Source of the DNA: Nitrospira japonica
Lineage (GTDB): Bacteria; Nitrospirota; Thermodesulfovibrionia; Thermodesulfovibrionales; SM23-35
Assembly (NCBI GenBank): GCA_020725385.1
Contig: DYFC01000034.1
Location: 1-64,000, forward strand
Length of the DNA stretch: 64,000 nt
Direction of reading: 5' to 3'
A program made the translations under genes and the position numbers. Below the pieces are notes generated by a model, which was given only the letters and a program-made list of their open reading frames with translations, searched no databases and had not been told where the DNA came from. Shown here piece after piece: positions 25,421 through 35,899 of the stretch (position 1 is its first letter; each line of letters starts with the position of its first letter).

Positions 25421-27280
25421 ATGATTTCGGATTTATCAAAAAAATTAACCGTTGTTCTTGTGGTAGTTTCATTTCTGCTTTTGTCCGGATGTGCTGGATT
25501 CGAATATGCTCCGAAGAAAGATTATTTATTCTACCATAAGGAACTTCCGCAGGCTGAACGTGCAGTGGAGGATGCTGTGCTTTCAGGCAAGGACAAGCAA
25601 TGTCCTGAGGAATTCAATGAAGCAAAAACATTAATGGAAAAAGCCTATGAGACTTACTGGGCTTGCAGAACAAAGGAAGCAAGAGAAATGGCGAGGGATG
25701 CTCTTATAAAAGCAAAGCATCTCTGTCCGCCACCGCCAACATGTGAACTTACAGCATCTCCAAAAGAGATAGAAATAGAGCAATCATCTACGCTAACTTT
25801 GAAGACCTCCGGAAAAGTGAAATCAGCTTTAATTGATGGAACACCTGTAACTGTTACAGGCGGAACAAAAGTAGTAACACCCAGGAATTCGATGCCTTAT
25901 CTTGCACACGTTCTTGGCCCGGGTGGTTCCGGCACCTGCAGTGCTTCTGTAATTGTCAATATCCCTCCTGCACCGAATTGTGAATTGACAGTTTCTCCTT
26001 CAGAGATAGAACGCGGTCAGTCAGCGACACTCACTCTTAAAACTTCAGGCAAGATCAAATCTGCAATAATCGATAATACAATAGTTTCACCTAACGGAGG
26101 CACAAAGACCGTTACACCTTTAGACAGTACGACATATATAGCTCAATGTAGCGGCCCGGGTGGCTTATCTATTGGAAGCGCAACTGTTGCTGTTGTTCCT
26201 CCACCACCTCCAGGGTGTGACCTAACAGCTTCACCTGCAGAAATCGAAGAAGGTCAATCCACGACATTAACTCTTAAAACAACAGGACAGGTTACATCTG
26301 CAATCCTTGATGGCTCGGAAGTCCCTGTTACAGGTGGAACAAAGACTGTAGCGCCGAAGAATACTATGCCTTATCTTGCAAAATGTTCGGGTCCCGGTGG
26401 TTCATCTATTGCGTCAACAACAGTCTCTGTAATTCCTCCTGCACCACCAAAAGCCGAGCTAACCGCATCTCCTAATGAGATAGAAAAAGGACAGTCTTCG
26501 ACCCTGACATTAAAAACATCGGGCAAGGTTACAAGTGCTATCCTTGATGGAACCGAAGTTGCGCCTGAAGGCGGAACAAAAGTAGTTACTCCTTCGACGA
26601 GTTCCTCATATCTTGCCCATGCAACAGGACCGGGTGGCACAGCTGTAAGCACAACTACAGTTTCTGTAACACTGCCACCGCCGCCGAAATGCGAACTGAC
26701 AGCATCGCCAAAAGAAATTGAACAGGGAGCTTCATCAACAATAACCCTTAAAACATCAGGCAAAGTAACAACAGCAATTCTTGATGGAACAGAAGCTGAC
26801 CCATCTGGTTGTTCCAGAACAGTTTCTCCAAAAAGTACCACACCTTACATTGCAAGCGTGATAGGCCCGGGTGGAACCGAAATCTGTACGACAACTGTTT
26901 CGGTTATACCGCCACCTCTACCTATACCAAAAGTAATAGATAGATTTACAACACATGTGAATTTTGATTTTAATAAATATGATATTAGACCGTCTGAAAG
27001 GCCTGAATTACAAAAGGTTATCAATTTTGTAAAACAAAAACCCGGTGCAAAGATTTATATTGATGGACATACCGACGCTATCGGAACCGACAATTACAAT
27101 CAGGCTCTGTCCGAAAAAAGAGCGGAAGCGGTTAGACAGTACTTAATAAAAGAGGGCGGCATCAATGAGTCGGGTATAATAACTGTTGGATTGGGTGAAT
27201 CGAGACCTATTGCTCCAAATACTACGGATGAAGGAAGAGCCGGAAATAGAAGAGCTGAAATAGTGATAATAGCAGAATAA
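25421..27280 (+). CDS. OmpA-family lipoprotein with five tandem ~79-aa beta-rich repeats
   Basis: Lipobox LSGC; GHTD.IG...YNQ.LSEKRA and NRR.E peptidoglycan-binding motifs. Confidence 0.9.
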   Translation: MISDLSKKLTVVLVVVSFLLLSGCAGFEYAPKKDYLFYHKELPQAERAVEDAVLSGKDKQCPEEFNEAKTLMEKAYETYWACRTKEAREMARDALIKAKHLCPPPPTCELTASPKEIEIEQSSTLTLKTSGKVKSALIDGTPVTVTGGTKVVTPRNSMPYLAHVLGPGGSGTCSASVIVNIPPAPNCELTVSPSEIERGQSATLTLKTSGKIKSAIIDNTIVSPNGGTKTVTPLDSTTYIAQCSGPGGLSIGSATVAVVPPPPPGCDLTASPAEIEEGQSTTLTLKTTGQVTSAILDGSEVPVTGGTKTVAPKNTMPYLAKCSGPGGSSIASTTVSVIPPAPPKAELTASPNEIEKGQSSTLTLKTSGKVTSAILDGTEVAPEGGTKVVTPSTSSSYLAHATGPGGTAVSTTTVSVTLPPPPKCELTASPKEIEQGASSTITLKTSGKVTTAILDGTEADPSGCSRTVSPKSTTPYIASVIGPGGTEICTTTVSVIPPPLPIPKVIDRFTTHVNFDFNKYDIRPSERPELQKVINFVKQKPGAKIYIDGHTDAIGTDNYNQALSEKRAEAVRQYLIKEGGINESGIITVGLGESRPIAPNTTDEGRAGNRRAEIVIIAE

Positions 27281-27290
27281 GAATTTTACT

Positions 27291-27322
27291 AAAAGGGAGA
27301 GACATCGCGTCTCTCCCTTTTT
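27291..27322. terminator. Bidirectional intrinsic terminator
   Basis: AAAAGGGAGAGAC-loop-GTCTCTCCCTTTT between convergent genes. Confidence 0.85.
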
Positions 27323-27368
27323 ATTTGGGTCTTCGCGTAATCGAGTAGGTAATACCGATAATAAATTA

Positions 27369-27495
27369 TGTCATTCCCCGACTTGATCGGGGAATCCAGA
27401 AATTTTCTTGTCAGTTTTACTTGTTACACATGCGACGTTGAGAAAGATTCACATTTTCTTTATACTGGATTATCCGGTCAAGCCGGATAATGACA
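27369..27495. repeat. Inverted pair of family-A REPs
   Basis: TGTCATTCCCCGACTTGATCGGGGAATCCAG and CTGGATTATCCGGTCAAGCCGGATAATGACA. Confidence 0.88.
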
Positions 27496-27619
27496 AACAG
27501 AAGATTAACTCTTTGGATATTTTCACCTTATAGCATGTTCTTTTATCCTTATTATGATCCAGTTTGGAGTCTGTTTCCATCATTTTTTACCCACTCACTT
27601 TCACGATGAGAATTTAATT

Positions 27620-29278
27620 TTATGGCAACGGTCCAAATATTATAGTATTATTGTTTTCATCTGCTTCTACCAAAACATTCTCAAAGTCAATTACAGCAAT
27701 AATATATTTTCCTGACAAAGATGTTCCATAACTAAAATTATATTGAATTGTAATGTCTTTGCTTTTGCCCGCCTTTATTTTACCTGTTGAAATTTTCTTT
27801 AAAGGCATATCTTCAGTTTCATATAGATTGTTTTCAGACAGAAAGAATTTCACAGAAGATGAAGGAGCATCCTGTTGCCCTGAATTTCTTACATTCAGTT
27901 TGCCTGATATTTTGCATTTAATTCCCTTGCGTGTCTCAATACATTTTATAGTCAGAAATTTCCACGAGCCTGTAAGATCAGGACCAACGGATGAAGAAGG
28001 AGTTGCAGATGCTGTTACTCCTGATGAAATATTTCCTTTATTATCTATGGCGCAAACACGATAATAATATGTTGTATCATTTGTTAGACCTTTATGAACG
28101 TATGATTTATTAATACCCGAGTATAATTGAGTTCCTTCTGAACAGTTTGCAGGAAATGTTCCGGTACTGTAAACAAGTTTATACCTGTTTATACCGCTTT
28201 CTGTATCTGAAAATCCGCTCCAGCTCAAAGATACCTGATTGCTTCCAGGAGTTGCGGTTAATGTTCCGTCAACAGGTGGAGTGGTATCTTTTTTAAATTC
28301 AAACCAGAAATATGGTCCTTTAATATCTCCTGAAGAAGAATGAGCTATGACCTGCCAGTAATAGATACTTCCACTTTCAAGTTCAGGGAAGTCCATTTCA
28401 GGATAAGACAAATTGTTTCCGATTTTTTTCAAAGGTTCGGTTACGTTTTTACCAAAGTAAAGGTCATATCCTGTGACGCCTGTCAGAGGATACCATGAGA
28501 AAGCCCCTTCTTCAGCATTAACAAGTGCGCCTTCTTCGGGTTCCGGAAAATATATGCCGGGACGGAAAGTTGCAGGATTTTTCGTAAATACAAGTTCATA
28601 TTTTCCTGTGCCGCTATGATTATATGCTTCTGCAATTATTGTATAAAGACCTGTTTTTTTGAGCTGATAGTTTATTCCATATGCTCCAAGATTTTGTGAT
28701 TCTGCTTGCTCTCCGCTATCAGGATAAAGCCTAAGATAAATACCGCCACTCATGTTGCCTGATTTTTTCATTGCATAAATGGAAACAATATCTCCAGCAA
28801 GTCCATAGAATTGATAAGCATCTATATCCGATTTTTCATGGATATATCCAATCGTTTTTGTGCCAGGGAAAATTGTTCCACCATCCATATCTTCAGGAGA
28901 AGTAACCGGTCCCGGAATTTTCTGGAATGTAAGGGTATAATTACCGGTATTGCCGTGAGGATTAGCTTCAACAGCGATTTTATATAATCCGGTTTTTTTC
29001 AATTGATGGTCAATGCCAGCATTACCATTATTCTGAGTTTCAAGAATCGAATCTTTATCATAGAGTTTTAAATAAACTCCTGACATAGAGCCCGATGTCT
29101 TTATAGCGGATACAAGAACCCTTTGATTAGTCTCACCATAAAATAACCACTCCTCTGTTGAGGATGCGGATTCAATGGTTCCGGAAACAGTTTCAGCAGA
29201 CCTTATTGATTTAATTTCTGTAGCCCAGGAATATGATGCTATGATGAAGCTTATTAAAACCATGATAATTAATCTCAT
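27620..29278 (-). CDS. Secreted multidomain protein (two PPC-like domains, FN3, CARDB-like C-terminus)
   Basis: Signal peptide; duplicated L.KTGLY.I..EA..H..TG.Y.L.F.K; FN3 YYYRVCA.D; E.DE.NN end. Confidence 0.75.
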   Translation of the reverse strand: MRLIIMVLISFIIASYSWATEIKSIRSAETVSGTIESASSTEEWLFYGETNQRVLVSAIKTSGSMSGVYLKLYDKDSILETQNNGNAGIDHQLKKTGLYKIAVEANPHGNTGNYTLTFQKIPGPVTSPEDMDGGTIFPGTKTIGYIHEKSDIDAYQFYGLAGDIVSIYAMKKSGNMSGGIYLRLYPDSGEQAESQNLGAYGINYQLKKTGLYTIIAEAYNHSGTGKYELVFTKNPATFRPGIYFPEPEEGALVNAEEGAFSWYPLTGVTGYDLYFGKNVTEPLKKIGNNLSYPEMDFPELESGSIYYWQVIAHSSSGDIKGPYFWFEFKKDTTPPVDGTLTATPGSNQVSLSWSGFSDTESGINRYKLVYSTGTFPANCSEGTQLYSGINKSYVHKGLTNDTTYYYRVCAIDNKGNISSGVTASATPSSSVGPDLTGSWKFLTIKCIETRKGIKCKISGKLNVRNSGQQDAPSSSVKFFLSENNLYETEDMPLKKISTGKIKAGKSKDITIQYNFSYGTSLSGKYIIAVIDFENVLVEADENNNTIIFGPLP

Positions 29279-29377
29279 TTTTAGTCCCCTTAAAATTATT
29301 ATTTTAAATATTCTACAACAAAATAATTATTAATGTACTGATATAAACCGGTTTGTTTATAATGTATAATTAAACTA

Positions 29378-29974
29378 ATGGAAGACATTATAAAAATATT
29401 GCCCAACACTTTTATACCTTTATTTGTAGCAACCAATATCTTTATGCTACTTCCTGTTTTTATTTCATTAACAAAGGAAATGTCAAAAGCAAAGCGCAAA
29501 ATAGTCGTGAGGGACTCGATATTAACTGCCATAATTGTAAGCTTCTTATTCATAGGTCTCGGTGAATTTATCTTCAGAACACTGGGAATTACATCCGATG
29601 ACTTTAAGATTGCCGGTGGAATAGTGCTTCTTATTTTTGCGGTTAGGGACCTTGTGCATAGCGGCGAAGAAAGGATAAAACCTGATATAAAAGTAGGTGT
29701 AGTTCCAATAGGAGTGCCTTTAATTATCGGACCTGCGGTCCTTACAAATATACTTCTACTCGTAGATCATTATGGGATTATGCCTACAGTTATTTCATTG
29801 GTCTTGAATCTTTTTATTGTATGGATAACACTTATTAATGCAGAGAGGCTTACTAATATAATCGGCAGAGGCGGGATAACCGGAATTGCAAAAGTAATGG
29901 CATTGCTCCTTGCCGCTATTGCAATTATGATGATAAGGATTGGTATTCAAAACACCTTCAAATTCGGTGTTTAA
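29378..29974 (+). CDS. MarC-family inner membrane protein
   Basis: F.IAGGIVL, VVPIGVPLIIGP, K.MALLL.AIA motifs. Confidence 0.9.
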   Translation: MEDIIKILPNTFIPLFVATNIFMLLPVFISLTKEMSKAKRKIVVRDSILTAIIVSFLFIGLGEFIFRTLGITSDDFKIAGGIVLLIFAVRDLVHSGEERIKPDIKVGVVPIGVPLIIGPAVLTNILLLVDHYGIMPTVISLVLNLFIVWITLINAERLTNIIGRGGITGIAKVMALLLAAIAIMMIRIGIQNTFKFGV

Positions 29975-30063
29975 GCGCAAGTTATTAACTTTACTTTTGA
30001 TTCGCTAAGTCCCGTAAGAGCTATTTTTTTATTTCAATATACATAAAAATTACTTTTTTCGGT

Positions 30064-30105
30064 TTGACATGAAAACTTTCTCAATGGTAGTATTTATTCA
30101 TACCA
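30064..30105 (+). promoter_or_regulatory. Sigma70-type promoter with overlapping imperfect inverted repeat (possible TA operator)
   Basis: TTGACA-18-TAGTAT; TGGTA...TACCA overlapping the -10. Confidence 0.55.
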
Positions 30106-30123
30106 GTAGAAAGGAGAAAAACT

Positions 30124-30360
30124 ATGGGAATAGCTGTGAAAAAAACTATTTCACTTCCTCCTGACCTTGCGAATGAAGCTGAGACTATTGCAAGGGAAGA
30201 AGGTAAGACTTTAAGTTCTGTAATACAGGATGCCCTTAGAATTGCAAGACAGGATAGACTAAAGAGAGAATTTCGTGAAATGCAAGGATATTGGAGCAGG
30301 AAGGCAAAAGAAAAAGGGATACTTACAGAAAAAGATCTAAAAAAATATCTTAATAAATGA
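30124..30360 (+). CDS. Ribbon-helix-helix (CopG-like) antitoxin
   Basis: KKTISLPPDL....E.IAREEGKTLS.VIQDALR; overlaps PIN gene. Confidence 0.85.
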   Translation: MGIAVKKTISLPPDLANEAETIAREEGKTLSSVIQDALRIARQDRLKREFREMQGYWSRKAKEKGILTEKDLKKYLNK

Positions 30361-30752
30361 AAGTCGTTTTCGATACCAATATTTTTATATCTGCATTAAT
30401 TTTCCCCGGCAGCAAAGCAGAAGAAGCTATCATGAGGGTTATAAATGGTGGGGATACCCTTATTGTTTCTCGTTATATTATTGATGAAATTCTTACGGTA
30501 CTCGCTAGGAAATTTAGTAAAGAAGCCGAGGCTTTAAGTAGGGTTGCGGTGAATATTGGAGAGATAAGTGTGATGGTTAATCCTACGCAAAAACTAAAGG
30601 TTTTTGACGATGAATCAGATAACCGAATCCTTGAATGCGCTATTACAGGAGGTGCTGATGTTATAGTTACTGGTGACAAGGCCATGCTTGTACAAAAAAA
30701 GTATCAAACTGTGAGAATCATTAGTCTTAATGATTATTTAAGAGGATTTTAA
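30357..30752 (+). CDS. PIN-domain toxin (PIN_3-like)
   Basis: VVFDTNIFISA, D..DNRILECA, IVTGD. Confidence 0.9.
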   Translation: MKVVFDTNIFISALIFPGSKAEEAIMRVINGGDTLIVSRYIIDEILTVLARKFSKEAEALSRVAVNIGEISVMVNPTQKLKVFDDESDNRILECAITGGADVIVTGDKAMLVQKKYQTVRIISLNDYLRGF

Positions 30753-30769
30753 AGGATAACACTAAAAAT

Positions 30770-31885
30770 CTATCCTTTTATCACCCTTCTTTCATACAGA
30801 AAATATCCTGTTATTATAAATATTATTCCAAGAATCAGCAGCTTTAACATATTAAGGGTCAATTGTTCGGGGGATGCTCCTCTGATAAGCAGGCTTATGC
30901 CCGAGTCCATATAGTGCTTTAGCGGAGAAATTACTGTCATTTTTCTTAGCCAGACAGGTAAAGACTCCGGTGGTACCCATCCGCCTGATAGCAAAATCAT
31001 AGGAGCAAATACTGCCATAGTAAGGAGCCCTATCTGACTTAGTCTTTTTGCGATTGAAGCTATTATAAACGCAAGGCCTGAAGTGGCAAGACTGTAAATT
31101 AAGCTTATAAAAAGAAACTCTAAAAGAGTGCCTTTTAAGTCGAACCCGAGCCATAAAGAAAGGATTATTTCATAGCTGAAAGCAATTAAAAATAGAAGGA
31201 ATATTGTTGATGCGGTTATTTTCATTAAAAGAAGTTTCTTTATATTTAAAGGAGAAATCATTATCTGTTCGATTGTTCCATATTCTTTCTCACGTATCAG
31301 AATAGCAGCGGGTAATATCATACCTATAAGTGTAATTATCATGAAAAATTCATTTATTCCTTCGAACAATTTATCATTTGCATTTGGGTTGAACAATATT
31401 CTGCTTCTTGCTTCGATAAAATTTAGGCCGGTAATATTGCTTGCTTTAAGCCTTTCTTTTAAAAAATCCAATGTATATTTCTGGATGATTATATTTAGAT
31501 ATGCTGAGCTAAGATAAGCTGTCGAACTCTGCGTGCCATCAACAAGTACCTGCAGAGAAGCATTTAATCTATATAAATCTTTCTCAAAACCATAAGGTAT
31601 TGCGAGTGCGATAACTGTTTTTGATTCATTCAAAAGTTTGTCAATATCCTTATAGCCATCTATAAAAACCGGATTCTTAAAAGCAGGTGGATTTATATGC
31701 TCAATAAGTTCTCTACTTTTAAATGATTTGTCTTCATCATAAACACTTATAGAAACCATTTCAGGTATAAGGTTAAATCCTTCGGCAGCAAGATAAATAT
31801 CAAAAGTAAAAGCATATATTATAAATATCATTAAGCCTTTATCACGCAAGATGTGTAAAAGTTCTTTTCTTATTAATTGGAGCAT
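30770..31885 (-). CDS. ABC-2 type exporter permease (YbhR-like)
   Basis: REKE.GT.EQ motif, LSGG..P...P.W; operon context. Confidence 0.88.
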   Translation of the reverse strand: MLQLIRKELLHILRDKGLMIFIIYAFTFDIYLAAEGFNLIPEMVSISVYDEDKSFKSRELIEHINPPAFKNPVFIDGYKDIDKLLNESKTVIALAIPYGFEKDLYRLNASLQVLVDGTQSSTAYLSSAYLNIIIQKYTLDFLKERLKASNITGLNFIEARSRILFNPNANDKLFEGINEFFMIITLIGMILPAAILIREKEYGTIEQIMISPLNIKKLLLMKITASTIFLLFLIAFSYEIILSLWLGFDLKGTLLEFLFISLIYSLATSGLAFIIASIAKRLSQIGLLTMAVFAPMILLSGGWVPPESLPVWLRKMTVISPLKHYMDSGISLLIRGASPEQLTLNMLKLLILGIIFIITGYFLYERRVIKG

Positions 31886-31890
31886 ATGTT

Positions 31891-33030
31891 TTAACCTTCT
31901 CTCTTTCTAAAGACCATAACCCCTATTGTGAATAAAATTACAAAATAAAGAATCATAAGAAGTATATGAGGAAGCAAATCAATCATGTTAAGGTTCTTCA
32001 AATAAACACCATGAATTATTCTCATAAAGTGCATCGTTGGATAAAGACGGGCTATTATTTTTGCTTCACCCTCAAGATTCGCAACAGGCACTAATAGTCC
32101 TGAATAAAGAAATGCAGGTATTACTGTTACAATAACAGTAACAATCTGTGCTGCAACCATAGTCCTTGTTACCGAAGAAACAAGCAGCCCTATTGAAACA
32201 TTAATAAGCACATATACAATTGCACCGGGCACCAGATCAATAAAATTACCTTTCATTGGTATCTTAAAAAGAAGGCTTACGGTAATTATCAATATATTAA
32301 AATTTATCGCTGAAATGATTAGGTAAGGTATTATCTTTCCTGTAAGAAATTCCCACTTTTTTATTGGTGTTGAGTAAATGTTATAAATTGTTCCAGTTTC
32401 CTTTTCTCTGGATATTGCAAGGGCTGTTAATACAGCGGGATTCATAAGTAATATAACAGCAATCATGCTTGGTACCAAAGCATAGCTACTTTTTAAGGAT
32501 TCGTTGTAGAAATAACGGGTTTCGACTTTTAGAGGAGAAATTGTTTGAAGTTTTCCTTTATATTTTTTCATTGCCATTTCTGTATTAAAAGCAGTAAGAA
32601 TAGATTCACAATATCCTCTTATAGTAATTGCTCTGAAAGGATAGCCTCCGTCGATTAAAAATTGAACCTGTGCATTATTCCCCCTATAAATATTTTTGGA
32701 GAAATCAGAAGGGATAATCATAACAGCTCTAAGTTTACCCGAGGATAAAAGCATTTCTGCATGTTTAAGTTCTGTTAATTCGTACTTCAAATCAAAATAT
32801 CTGTTTTTGAATTTCTCTACAAGATTAGCACTCAACTGACTTTTATCATGGTCAATATACGCAAAAGGCATATTTTCGTTATCGAGACTAATTCCAAAAC
32901 TAAATACATTAAACATTATGAAAGGCACAATAAATGCAAGCATAAGAAAAAGCCTGACCCTGACTATTTCCTTAATTTCTTTGGTTGTAACTGCAAATAT
33001 TCTCTTTAGACTTTCTTTTAAAAATATCAT
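31891..33030 (-). CDS. ABC-2 type exporter permease (YbhS-like)
   Basis: SREKETGT motif, multiple TM helices. Confidence 0.88.
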   Translation of the reverse strand: MIFLKESLKRIFAVTTKEIKEIVRVRLFLMLAFIVPFIMFNVFSFGISLDNENMPFAYIDHDKSQLSANLVEKFKNRYFDLKYELTELKHAEMLLSSGKLRAVMIIPSDFSKNIYRGNNAQVQFLIDGGYPFRAITIRGYCESILTAFNTEMAMKKYKGKLQTISPLKVETRYFYNESLKSSYALVPSMIAVILLMNPAVLTALAISREKETGTIYNIYSTPIKKWEFLTGKIIPYLIISAINFNILIITVSLLFKIPMKGNFIDLVPGAIVYVLINVSIGLLVSSVTRTMVAAQIVTVIVTVIPAFLYSGLLVPVANLEGEAKIIARLYPTMHFMRIIHGVYLKNLNMIDLLPHILLMILYFVILFTIGVMVFRKREG

Positions 33031-33033
33031 ACC

Positions 33034-33094
33034 GTGCTCTTCGCTCTATGTTATATACTCTTTGCTCTATGCTCTTTGCTCTATGCTCTTCGCT
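33034..33094. repeat. Heptamer tandem repeat (TGCTCTA/TGCTCTT-like)
   Basis: ...TTTGCTCTATGCTCTTTGCTCTATGCTCTTCGCT in intergenic space. Confidence 0.75.
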
Positions 33095-34782
33095 CATTGC
33101 TTTTCAATGAAATAAATAAAAACATCTTCCATTAATGGTTTTATCCTTTTTATGTATCTGTTGCTGATATTTGAAGATGAAAGTATGTCTTGAATTTGAT
33201 TTTCTGTAAGGTCTTTACTCCACAAATGAAATCTTCTCCCAAATGGGGCAATTGATATATTTTTTGAAATGAAAATCGTTTTATCCAGTTCTATATCGGG
33301 ATAAATTTCAAATACTTCCCCGGAAGATTCTGAAAATTGTTGTCTTAAATTTTCAGGAGTGTCAATTGCAATAACTTTTCCTTCATTCATAATAGCTATT
33401 CTGTCACAGAAGTCTGCTTCAACAAGATTATGTGTTGTAACAAGAACAGTCATACCGAGTTTCTGGGATAAAGCTCTTATCAATTGCCAGAAAGATTTTC
33501 TTGCGACAGGATCAACACCTGATGTGGGCTCATCAAGGATAAGCACATCTGGCAAATGTAAAGCAGAACATCCGAGCGCAAGCCTCTGCTTGATTCCCAG
33601 CGGGAGTCTTGATACTATCGTATCACCTTTTCCTTTAAGCCCTGCAACATTTACAACCCAATCTTTTCTAATTTTAAAATTTGCTTTATCAATGCTGTAA
33701 AGACTCGCATATAGTTCAAGATTTTCATCAACAGTCAAATCTCCATAAAGGGAAAATATCTGTGACATATATCCTATCCTGTGTTTTATTTCTTTTTCCC
33801 GTGAATCTATTCCAAGAACTTTAATTGTGCCTGAATCGGATTTTAAGATTGATAATATGCACTTAAGCAATGTTGTTTTCCCTGCACCATTTGGGCCAAG
33901 AAAACCAAAAATCTCACCTGTGTTTATTGTTAAGCTTATATTGTCGAGTGCTTTAAAAGAACCAAAAAACTTGCTAACACCCTGTATATCTATAGCAATA
34001 TCATTGAGACCAATTTTACTTTTTTCAAAAGGAACTTCATAGTAAGGAATATCCTTGTCTTTCAGAAGCAAATTAAAAAAAGCATTTTCAAGGTCATTAT
34101 ATCCGGATACAAGCATTTCAGGATCGCCTGAAAATAATATTTCACCATCGTGAAGAAATCTTACTGAATAACATCTCTCAGCTTCATCCATATAAGAAGT
34201 GGCAAGTATTAGAGTTGTTCCTGTTTCTGTAATGAAATTATTAAGAATCTCCCATAATTGTCTTCTTGATAAAGGATCAACACCTGTTGATGGTTCATCG
34301 AGTAAAACAACTTCTGGATTGGATATAAGGGAGCAACATATTCCAAGTTTTTGTTTCATGCCGCCAGAAAGATTTCGTGCATGCCGTGTTCTAAATGGAA
34401 TTAGTCCTGTCGCAAATAATAATTTTTCTTTAAGTTCATTTCGCTTGTTAATTGGAACATCTTTTATTGCTGCAAAAAAATCAATATTTTCTTCTACAGA
34501 CAAATCCATGTATAAATTTAATCCAAGCCCCTGTGGCATAAAACTCAACCATTTTTTTATTGCTTCAGGTTGTTTTTTTATATCTATGTTTTTGAATTTT
34601 GCCTGACCTTCAAATGATAAGACTCCTGCACATATTTTCATCAAAGTGCTTTTACCTGCGCCATCAGGCCCGATTATGCCTGTAATTTCAGAGGATGCTA
34701 TATCAATGTCAATATTTTTTAGAGCCAGAGTTTTTCTATACTTTTTTGAGACATTCTTAAGCGATATTAGAGGATTATTCAT
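33094..34782 (-). CDS. Dual-domain ABC ATPase (YbhF-like)
   Basis: GPDGAGKS and GPNGAGKT Walker A; LSGGMKQKL; two LDEP. Confidence 0.92.
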   Translation of the reverse strand: MNNPLISLKNVSKKYRKTLALKNIDIDIASSEITGIIGPDGAGKSTLMKICAGVLSFEGQAKFKNIDIKKQPEAIKKWLSFMPQGLGLNLYMDLSVEENIDFFAAIKDVPINKRNELKEKLLFATGLIPFRTRHARNLSGGMKQKLGICCSLISNPEVVLLDEPSTGVDPLSRRQLWEILNNFITETGTTLILATSYMDEAERCYSVRFLHDGEILFSGDPEMLVSGYNDLENAFFNLLLKDKDIPYYEVPFEKSKIGLNDIAIDIQGVSKFFGSFKALDNISLTINTGEIFGFLGPNGAGKTTLLKCILSILKSDSGTIKVLGIDSREKEIKHRIGYMSQIFSLYGDLTVDENLELYASLYSIDKANFKIRKDWVVNVAGLKGKGDTIVSRLPLGIKQRLALGCSALHLPDVLILDEPTSGVDPVARKSFWQLIRALSQKLGMTVLVTTHNLVEADFCDRIAIMNEGKVIAIDTPENLRQQFSESSGEVFEIYPDIELDKTIFISKNISIAPFGRRFHLWSKDLTENQIQDILSSSNISNRYIKRIKPLMEDVFIYFIEKQ

Positions 34783-34807
34783 ATTAATTATGAAGATGCT
34801 GGAAATT

Positions 34808-35896
34808 TTATTTTGTTTTGATATTAAATCTTACATCAACAGGCATACCTTTTTTCAAAGTCGAAATCCCTTTGTCAGTCTCATCAATTTTTGAAGATTT
34901 GACGCAAACTTTAACAGCAAATACCTGCTTAACTCTTTCTTCGTATGACTGTACTTCTTTTGGTGTGAATTCAGCCTTATCAGAAATATAACAAACATAG
35001 CCTTTGATTGGTTTATCCGGATATGCATCGGTAAATATTTCTGCTTCAATATTATTATTAAGATTGCCAATGTATTTTTCAGGCACAAAAGTTCTTATAT
35101 GTATGCTTTCAGGATTAATCATTGTTCCGATTACGCTTCCACTTGAAATAACCTCCCCGGACTCTGCAATTTTTCTCAGAATTATTCCATCAACGGGTGC
35201 TGTAATTTTTGTATAGCCAAGATTTATATCAGCCTGCTGTAATAATTCTTTTAATTGCCCGAGAGATTTTTTCATTGAGAGGATTTCCTGTTCCTTTGCG
35301 TTTATTAAAATTCTTGAATCTTCCGCTTTTTTCAATGCAACTTTTGCTTTCTCAACATCGCTCAATGCAACTTTATTCTCTTCGGATGAAAGATCAAATG
35401 CAAGTTTTACAGAATCAAATCTCTCTTTTGATATTACATCTTTCTCAAGAAGCGCTGAATATCTCATAAGTTCTTTCCTTGCATTCTCAAGTTTTGTATT
35501 TGATTGTTTTAGTCTTGCTTCTGATGCTTCGAGCACTCTTTTTGCTTCTTCAATAGAATGTGATATGTTGTTTCTTGTGAATTCAAGATTTAATTCTGCT
35601 GCTTTGATGCTTTCTGTTATTTCAGCGATTTTGTTTAATATTTCCCTTCGTTTCGATTGAATTTCATCATCTTCAAGGAAGGCTATTAAATCACCTTTTT
35701 TTACATTAGAGCCGTCATTTATTAGAACTTTTGCAAGTCTTCCGGAAATTCTTGAAGATAATTCTATTTCATCGGCTTCAACCCTTCCACTTACTTTAAG
35801 AAGATTTTCTTTTGGTTTCAGATAGGGCAGCAAGATAAATATTAACAATATAATAGCGGTTATAATTAAACCTGAAATCAAAATTTTCTTTCTCAT
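34808..35896 (-). CDS. HlyD-family membrane fusion protein (YbhG-like)
   Basis: TM anchor, coiled coil, AEFTPKEVQ, LK.GMP. Confidence 0.92.
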   Translation of the reverse strand: MRKKILISGLIITAIILLIFILLPYLKPKENLLKVSGRVEADEIELSSRISGRLAKVLINDGSNVKKGDLIAFLEDDEIQSKRREILNKIAEITESIKAAELNLEFTRNNISHSIEEAKRVLEASEARLKQSNTKLENARKELMRYSALLEKDVISKERFDSVKLAFDLSSEENKVALSDVEKAKVALKKAEDSRILINAKEQEILSMKKSLGQLKELLQQADINLGYTKITAPVDGIILRKIAESGEVISSGSVIGTMINPESIHIRTFVPEKYIGNLNNNIEAEIFTDAYPDKPIKGYVCYISDKAEFTPKEVQSYEERVKQVFAVKVCVKSSKIDETDKGISTLKKGMPVDVRFNIKTK

Positions 35897-35899
35897 ATT

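Noticed and set aside
26371-26841. Long antisense ORFs inside genes (also 13376-13834, 18593-19069, 34199-34606)
   Set aside because: Shadow frames of well-supported genes, with no independent features
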